Shown here one piece after another: positions 56,501 to 63,022 of a DNA stretch of 63,022 nucleotides; the stretch's first letter is position 1; the number at the start of each line of letters is the position of its first letter. Under the pieces are notes generated by a model. It saw only the letters and a list, made by a program, of their open reading frames with translations, was not told the DNA's origin and did no database searches. A program made the translations under genes and the position numbers. The stretch is from positions 1 through 63,022 of the forward strand of contig JAUCBJ010000245.1 of assembly GCA_032718475.1 (NCBI GenBank), given 5' to 3'. Origin of the DNA: Nemertoderma westbladi (lineage: Eukaryota; Animalia; Xenacoelomorpha).

Positions 56501-59500
56501 CAGGCAAACTAACGAAATAGTAGAGCAAATAGAAACAAGTAGACAAACTAACGAAGTAGTAGAGCAAACAGAAACAGGCAAACTAACGAAGTAGTAGAGC
56601 AAACAGAAACAGTAGGCAAACTAACGAAGTAGTAGAGCAAACAGAAACAGTAGACAAGCTAACGAAGTAGAAGAGTAAACAGAAACAGTAGGAAAACTAA
56701 CGAAGTAGTAGAGCAAACAGAAACAGTAGACAAACTAACGAAGTAGTAGAGTAAACAGAAACAGGCAAACTAACGAAGTAGTAGAGCAAACAGAAACAAG
56801 TAGGCAAACTAACGAAGTAGTAGAGCAAACAGAAACAGTAGCAAACTAACGAAGTAGAAGAGCAAACAGAAACAGTAGGCAAACTAACGAAGTAGTAGAG
56901 CAAACAGAAACAGGCAAACTAACGAAGTAGTAGAGCAAACAGAAACAAGTAGGAAAACTAACGAAGTGGTAGAGCAAACAGAAACAGTAGCAAACTAACG
57001 AAGTAGAAGAGCAAACAGAAACAGTAGGCAAACTAACGAAGTAGTAGAGCCAACAGAATCAGTAGGCAAACTAACGAAATAGTAGAGCAAACAGAAACTA
57101 ACGAAATAGTAGAGCAAACAGAAACAGTAGGCAAACTAACGAAGTAGTAGAGCAAACAGAAACAGTAGGCAAACTAACGAAGTAGTAGAGCAAACAGAAA
57201 CAGTAGGCAAACTAACGAAGTAGTAGAGCAAACAGAAACAGGCAAACTAACGAAGTAGTAGAGCAAACAGAAACAGTAGGCAAACTAACGAAGTAGTAGA
57301 GTAAACAGAAACAAGTAGGCAAACTAACGAAGTAGTAGAGCAAACAGAAACAAGTAGGCAAACTAACGAAGTAGTAGAGCAAACAGAAACAAGTAGGCAA
57401 ACTAACGAAGTAGTAGAGCAAACAGAAACAGTAGGCAAACTAACGAAGTAGTAGAGCAAACAGAAACAGTAGGAAAACTAACGAAGTAGTAGAGCAAACA
57501 GAAACAGTAGGCAAACTAACGAAGTAGTAGAGCAAACAGAAACAAGTAGGCAAACTAACGAAGTAGTAGAGCAAACAGAAACAGTAGGCAAACTAACGAA
57601 GTAGTAGAGCAAACAGAAACAAGTAGGCAAACTAACGAAGTAGTAGAGCAAACAGAAACAAGTAGGCAAACTAACAAGTAGTAGAGCAAACAGAAACAGT
57701 AGCAAACTAACGAAGTAGAAGAGCAAACAGAAACAGTAGGCAAACTAACGAAGTAGTAGAGCAAACAGAAACAGGCAAACTAACGAAGTAGTAGAGCAAA
57801 CAGAAACAGTAGGCAAAATAACGAAATAGTAGAGCAAACAGAAACTAACGAAATAGTAGAGCAAACAGAAACAGTAGGCAAACTAACGAAGTAGTAGAGC
57901 AAACAGAAACAGTAGGCAAACTAACGAAGTAGTAGAGCAAACAGAAACAAGTAGGCAAACTAACGAAGTAGTAGAGCAAACAGAAACAGTAGGCAAACTA
58001 ACGAAGTAGTAGAGCAAACAGAAACAGTAGGCAAACTAACGAAGTAGTAGAGCAAACAGAAACAAGTAGGCAAACTAACGAAGTAGTAGAGCAAACAGAA
58101 ACAGTAGGCAAACTAACGAAGTAGTAGAGCAAACAGAAACAGTAGGCAAACTAACGAAGTAGTAGAGCAAACAGAAACAGTAGGCAAACTAACGAAGTAG
58201 TAGAGCAAACAGAAACAAGTAGGCAAACTAACGAAGTAGTAGAGCAAACAGAAACAGTAGGCAAACTAACGAAGTAGAAGAGCAAACAGAAACAGTAGGC
58301 AAACTAACGAAGTAGTAGAGCAAACAGAAACAAGTAGGAAAACTAACGAAGTAGTAGAGCAAACAGAAACAAGTAGGCAAACTAACGAAGTAGTAGAGCA
58401 AACAGAAACAAGTAGGCAAACTAACGAAGTAGTAGAGCAAACAGAAACAGTAGGCAAAATAACGAAATAGTAGAGCAAACAGAAACTAACGAAATAGTAG
58501 AGCAAACAGAAACAGTAGGCAAACTAACGAAGTAGTAGAGCAAACAGAAACAGTAGGCAAACTAACGAAGTAGTAGAGCAAACAGAAACAAGTAGGCAAA
58601 CTAACGAAGTAGTAGAGCAAACAGAAACAGTAGGCAAACTAACGAAGTAGTAGAGCAAACAGAAACAAGTAGGCAAACTAACGAAGTAGTAGAGCAAACA
58701 GAAACAGTAGACAAGCTAACGAAGTAGTAGAGCAAACAGAAACAAGTAGGAAAACTAACGAAGTAGTAGAGCAAACAGAAACAGTAGGCAAACTAACGAA
58801 GTAGTAGAGCAAACAGAAACAAGTAGGAAAACTAACGAAGTAGTAGAGCAAACAGAAACAGTAGGCAAACTAACGAAGTAGTAGAGCAAACAGAAACAGT
58901 AGGAAAACTAACGAAGTAGTAGAGCAAACAGAAACAAGTAGGCAAACTAACGAAGTAGTAGAGCAAACAGAAACAAGTAGGCAAACTAACGAAGTAGTAG
59001 AGCAAACAGAAACAAGTAGGCAAACTAACGAAGTAGTAGAGCAAACAGAAACAAGTAGGCAAACTAACGAAGTAGTAGAGCAAACAGAAACAGTAGGCAA
59101 AATAACGAAATAGTAGAGCAAGCAGAAACTAACGAAATAGTAGAGCAAACAGAAACAGTAGGCAAACTAACGAAGTAGTAGAGCAAACAGAAACAGTAGG
59201 CAAACTAACGAAGTAGTAGAGCAAACAGAAACAAGTAGGCAAACTAACGAAGTAGTAGAGCAAACAGAAACAGTAGGCAAACTAACGAAGTAGTAGAGCA
59301 AACAGAAACAGTAGGCAAACTAACGAAGTAGTAGAGCAAACAGAAACAAGTAGGCAAACTAACGAAGTAGTAGAGCAAACAGAAACAGTAGGCAAACTAA
59401 CGAAGTAGTAGAGCAAACAGAAACAGTAGGCAAACTAACGAAGTAGTAGAGCAAACAGAAACAAGTAGGCAAACTAACGAAGTAGTAGAGCAAACAGAAA

Positions 59501-62500
59501 CAGTAGGCAAACTAACGAAGTAGTAGAGCAAACAGAAACTAACGAATAGTAGAGCAAACAGAAACTAACGAAGTAGTAGAGCAAACAGAAACAGTAGGCA
59601 AACTAACGAAGTAGTAGAGCAAACAGAAACTAACGAAATAGTAGAGCAAACAGAAACAGTAGGCAAACTAACGAAGTAGTAGAGCAAACAGAAACAGTAG
59701 GCAAACTAACGAAGTAGTAGAGCAAACAGAAACAAGTAGGCAAACTAACGAAGTAGTAGAGCAAACAGAAACAGTAGGCAAACTAACGAAGTAGTAGAGC
59801 AAACAGAAACAGTAGGCAAACTAACGAAGTAGTAGAGCAAACAGAAACAAGTAGGCAAACTAACGAAGTAGTAGAGCAAACAGAAACAGTAGGCAAACTA
59901 ACGAAGTAGTAGAGCAAACAGAAACAGTAGGCAAACTAACGAAGTAGTAGAGCAAACAGAAACAAGTAGGCAAACTAACGAAGTAGTAGAGCAAACAGAA
60001 ACAGTAGGCAAACTAACGAAGTAGTAGAGCAAACAGAAACAGTAGGCAAACTAACGAAGTAGTAGAGCAAACAGAAACAAGTAGGCAAACTAACGAAGTA
60101 GTAGAGCAAACAGAAACAGTAGGCAAACTAACGAAGTAGTAGAGCAAACAGAAACAGTAGGCAAACTAACGAAGTAGTAGAGCAAACAGAAACAAGTAGG
60201 CAAACTAACGAAGTAGTAGAGCAAACAGAAACAAGTAGGCAAACTAACGAAGTAGTAGAGCAAACAGAAACAGTAGGCAAACTAACGAAGTAGTAGAGCA
60301 AACAGAAACAGTAGGCAAACTAACGAAGTAGTAGAGCAAACAGAAACAGTAGGCAAACTAACGAAGTAGTAGAGCAAACAGAAACAAGTAGGCAAACTAA
60401 CGAAGTAGTAGAGCAAACAGAAACAGTAGGCAAACTAACGAAGTAGTAGAGCAAACAGAAACAGTAGGAAAACTAACGAAGTAGTAGAGCAAACAGAAAC
60501 AGTAGGCAAACTAACGAAGTAGTAGAGCAAACAGAAACAGGCAAACTAACGAAGTAGTAGAGCAAACAGAAACAGTAGGCAAACTAACGAAGTAGTAGAG
60601 CAAACAGAAACAGTAGGCAAACTAACGAAGTAGTAGAGCAAACAGAAACAGTAGGCAAACTAACGAAGTAGTAGAGCAAACAGAAACAGTAGGCAAACTA
60701 ACGAAGTAGTAGAGCAAACAGAAACAGTAGGCAAACTAACGAAGTAGTAGAGCAAACAGAAACAAGTAGGCAAACTAACGAAGTAGTAGAGCAAACAGAA
60801 ACAAGTAGGCAAACTAACGAAGTAGTAGAGCAAACAGAAACAAGTAGGCAAACTAACGAAGTAGTAGAGCAAACAGAAACAGTAGGCAAACTAACGAAGT
60901 AGTAGAGCAAACAGAAACAGTAGGCAAACTAACGAAGTAGTAGAGCAAACAGAAACAGTAGGCAAACTAACGAAGTAGTAGAGCAAACAGAAACAAGTAG
61001 GCAAACTAACGAAGTAGTAGAGCAAACAGAAACAGTAGGCAAACTAACGAAGTAGTAGAGCAAACAGAAACAGTAGGCAAACTAACGAAGTAGTAGAGCA
61101 AACAGAAACAAGTAGGCAAACTAACGAAGTAGTAGAGCAAACAGAAACAGTAGGAAAACTAACGAAGTAGTAGAGCAAACAGAAACAGTAGGCAAACTAA
61201 CGAAGTAGTAGAGCAAACAGAAACAGTAGGCAAACTAACGAAGTAGTAGAGCAAACAGAAACAGTAGGCAAACTAACGAAGTAGTAGAGCAAACAGAAAC
61301 AGTAGGCAAACTAACGAAGTAGTAGAGCAAACAGAAACAGTAGGCAAACTAACGAAGTAGTAGAGCAAACAGAAACAGTAGGCAAACTAACGAAGTAGTA
61401 GAGCAAACAGAAACAGTAGGCAAACTAACGAAGTAGTAGAGCAAACAGAAACAGTAGGCAAACTAACGAAGTAGTAGAGCAAACAGAAACAGTAGGCAAA
61501 CTAACGAAGTAGTAGAGCAAACAGAAACAGTAGGCAAACTAACGAAGTAGTAGAGCAAACAGAAACAGTAGGCAAACTAACGAAGTAGTAGAGCAAACAG
61601 AAACAGTAGGCAAACTAACGAAGTAGTAGAGCAAACAGAAACAGTAGGCAAACTAACGAAGTAGTAGAGCAAACAGAAACAGTAGGCAAACTAACGAAGT
61701 AGTAGAGCAAACAGAAACAGTAGGCAAACTAACGAAGTAGTAGAGCAAACAGAAACAGTAGGCAAACTAACGAAGTAGTAGAGCAAACAGAAACAGTAGG
61801 CAAACTAACGAAGTAGTAGAGCAAACAGAAACAGTAGGCAAACTAACGAAGTAGTAGAGCAAACAGAAACAGTAGGCAAACTAACGAAGTAGTAGAGCAA
61901 ACAGAAACAGTAGGCAAACTAACGAAGTAGTAGAGCAAACAGAAACAGTAGGCAAACTAACGAAGTAGTAGAGCAAACAGAAACAGTAGGCAAACTAACG
62001 AAGTAGTAGAGCAAACAGAAACAGTAGGCAAACTAACGAAGTAGTAGAGCAAACAGAAACAGTAGGCAAACTAACGAAGTAGTAGAGCAAACAGAAACAG
62101 TAGGCAAACTAACGAAGTAGTAGAGCAAACAGAAACAGTAGGCAAACTAACGAAGTAGTAGAGCAAACAGAAACAGTAGGCAAACTAACGAAGTAGTAGA
62201 GCAAACAGAAACAGTAGGCAAACTAACGAAGTAGTAGAGCAAACAGAAACAAGTAGGCAAACTAACGAAGTAGTAGAGCAAACAGAAACAGTAGGCAAAC
62301 TAACGAAGTAGTAGAGCAAACAGAAACAGTAGGCAAACTAACGAAGTAGTAGAGCAAACAGAAACAGTAGGCAAACTAACGAAGTAGTAGAGCAAACAGA
62401 AACAGTAGGCAAACTAACGAAGTAGTAGAGCAAACAGAAACAGTAGGAAAACTAACGAAGTAGTAGAGCAAACAGAAACAGTAGGCAAACTAACGAAGTA

Positions 62501-62645
62501 GTAGAGCAAACAGAAACAAGTAGGCAAACTAACGAAGTAGTAGAGCAAACAGAAACAGTAGGCAAACTAACGAAGTAGTAGAGCAAACAGAAACAGTAGG
62601 CAAACTAACGAAGTAGTAGAGCAAACAGAAACTAACGAAGTAGTG
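53545..62645. repeat. Satellite array, 38-bp monomer (27/35/37/39-bp variants), roughly 240 units
   Basis: GTAGGCAAACTAACGAAGTAGTAGAGCAAACAGAAACA in tandem. Confidence 0.98.
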
Positions 62646-62703
62646 TACAAATAAAGGAATTGCGTAATTTTTATATTGAAATTAATATATCATATCTCTC
62701 CAA

Positions 62704-62747
62704 ACCAACGTACGCGTTTCGACCTTACTGGGTTTTATCAGCGTGGT
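62704..62747 (-). ncRNA. Degenerate minimal type I hammerhead ribozyme (Penelope-type)
   Basis: Minus strand reads ACCACG CUGAUAA AACC-CAGUAA-GGUC GAAA CGCG UA CGUUGGU. Confidence 0.6.
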
Positions 62748-63022
62748 GTCGGATTTACTTTGAAGTGTTTAAGACAAAGTTTAATTATATTCCCTTAATG
62801 TTATAGCTCATATTCTCGCTGCAGACGTTAAGGCGAAAGTTAATGGAAAATATTCCACATACAACTTCATATATAAATATGGATCGCATGAAGGTGGATT
62901 TGGTCCAGAGATAGTTGATACGTTTTATAAACATGAAGGCAACGCATTATTGGGGTTAATCCCAACACTAAGAAACTTCGCCCAAGGTGAGTTAATCATT
63001 GTAAAATAATTCAATGTTTTTG

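Noticed and set aside
53545-62645. CRISPR array, or the many MLYYFVSLPT ORFs
   Set aside because: Head-to-tail monomers with no unique spacers and no cas genes. The ORFs are translations of the repeat.

Overview
Eukaryotic (probably invertebrate animal) repeat-rich DNA with no recognisable host gene. Bases 1-40428 are one complete Polinton/Maverick endogenous virus with ~95-bp TIRs (AGT...ACT), about 18.3 kb after removing nested insertions. It encodes pPolB, rve integrase, A32-like ATPase, adenain protease, major capsid protein, two pentons, core/lytic proteins, a DEDD-like nuclease, a RING protein and, notably, a TBP-like and a PC4-like protein flanking the polymerase. Three elements are nested in it. 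(1) A 17.2-kb BEL/Pao LTR retrotransposon splits pPolB; it has 1.87-kb LTRs with TA...TA ends, a tRNA-like A/B-box module inside the LTR, no visible PBS, extra 3' ORFs, an 8-copy palindromic motif and its own 1.2-kb insertion. (2) A 485-bp piggyBac-type MITE. (3) A young, intact 4.4-kb Gypsy element with identical LTRs. To the right are a P-element-like transposase remnant, two 5'-truncated RTE-like LINEs with (TAG)n tails, a decayed gag-only BEL-like element carrying a HINE/MITE-like insert, a ~9-kb 38-bp satellite and a degenerate Penelope-type hammerhead ribozyme. All protein calls come from motif recognition by eye; no searches were run.
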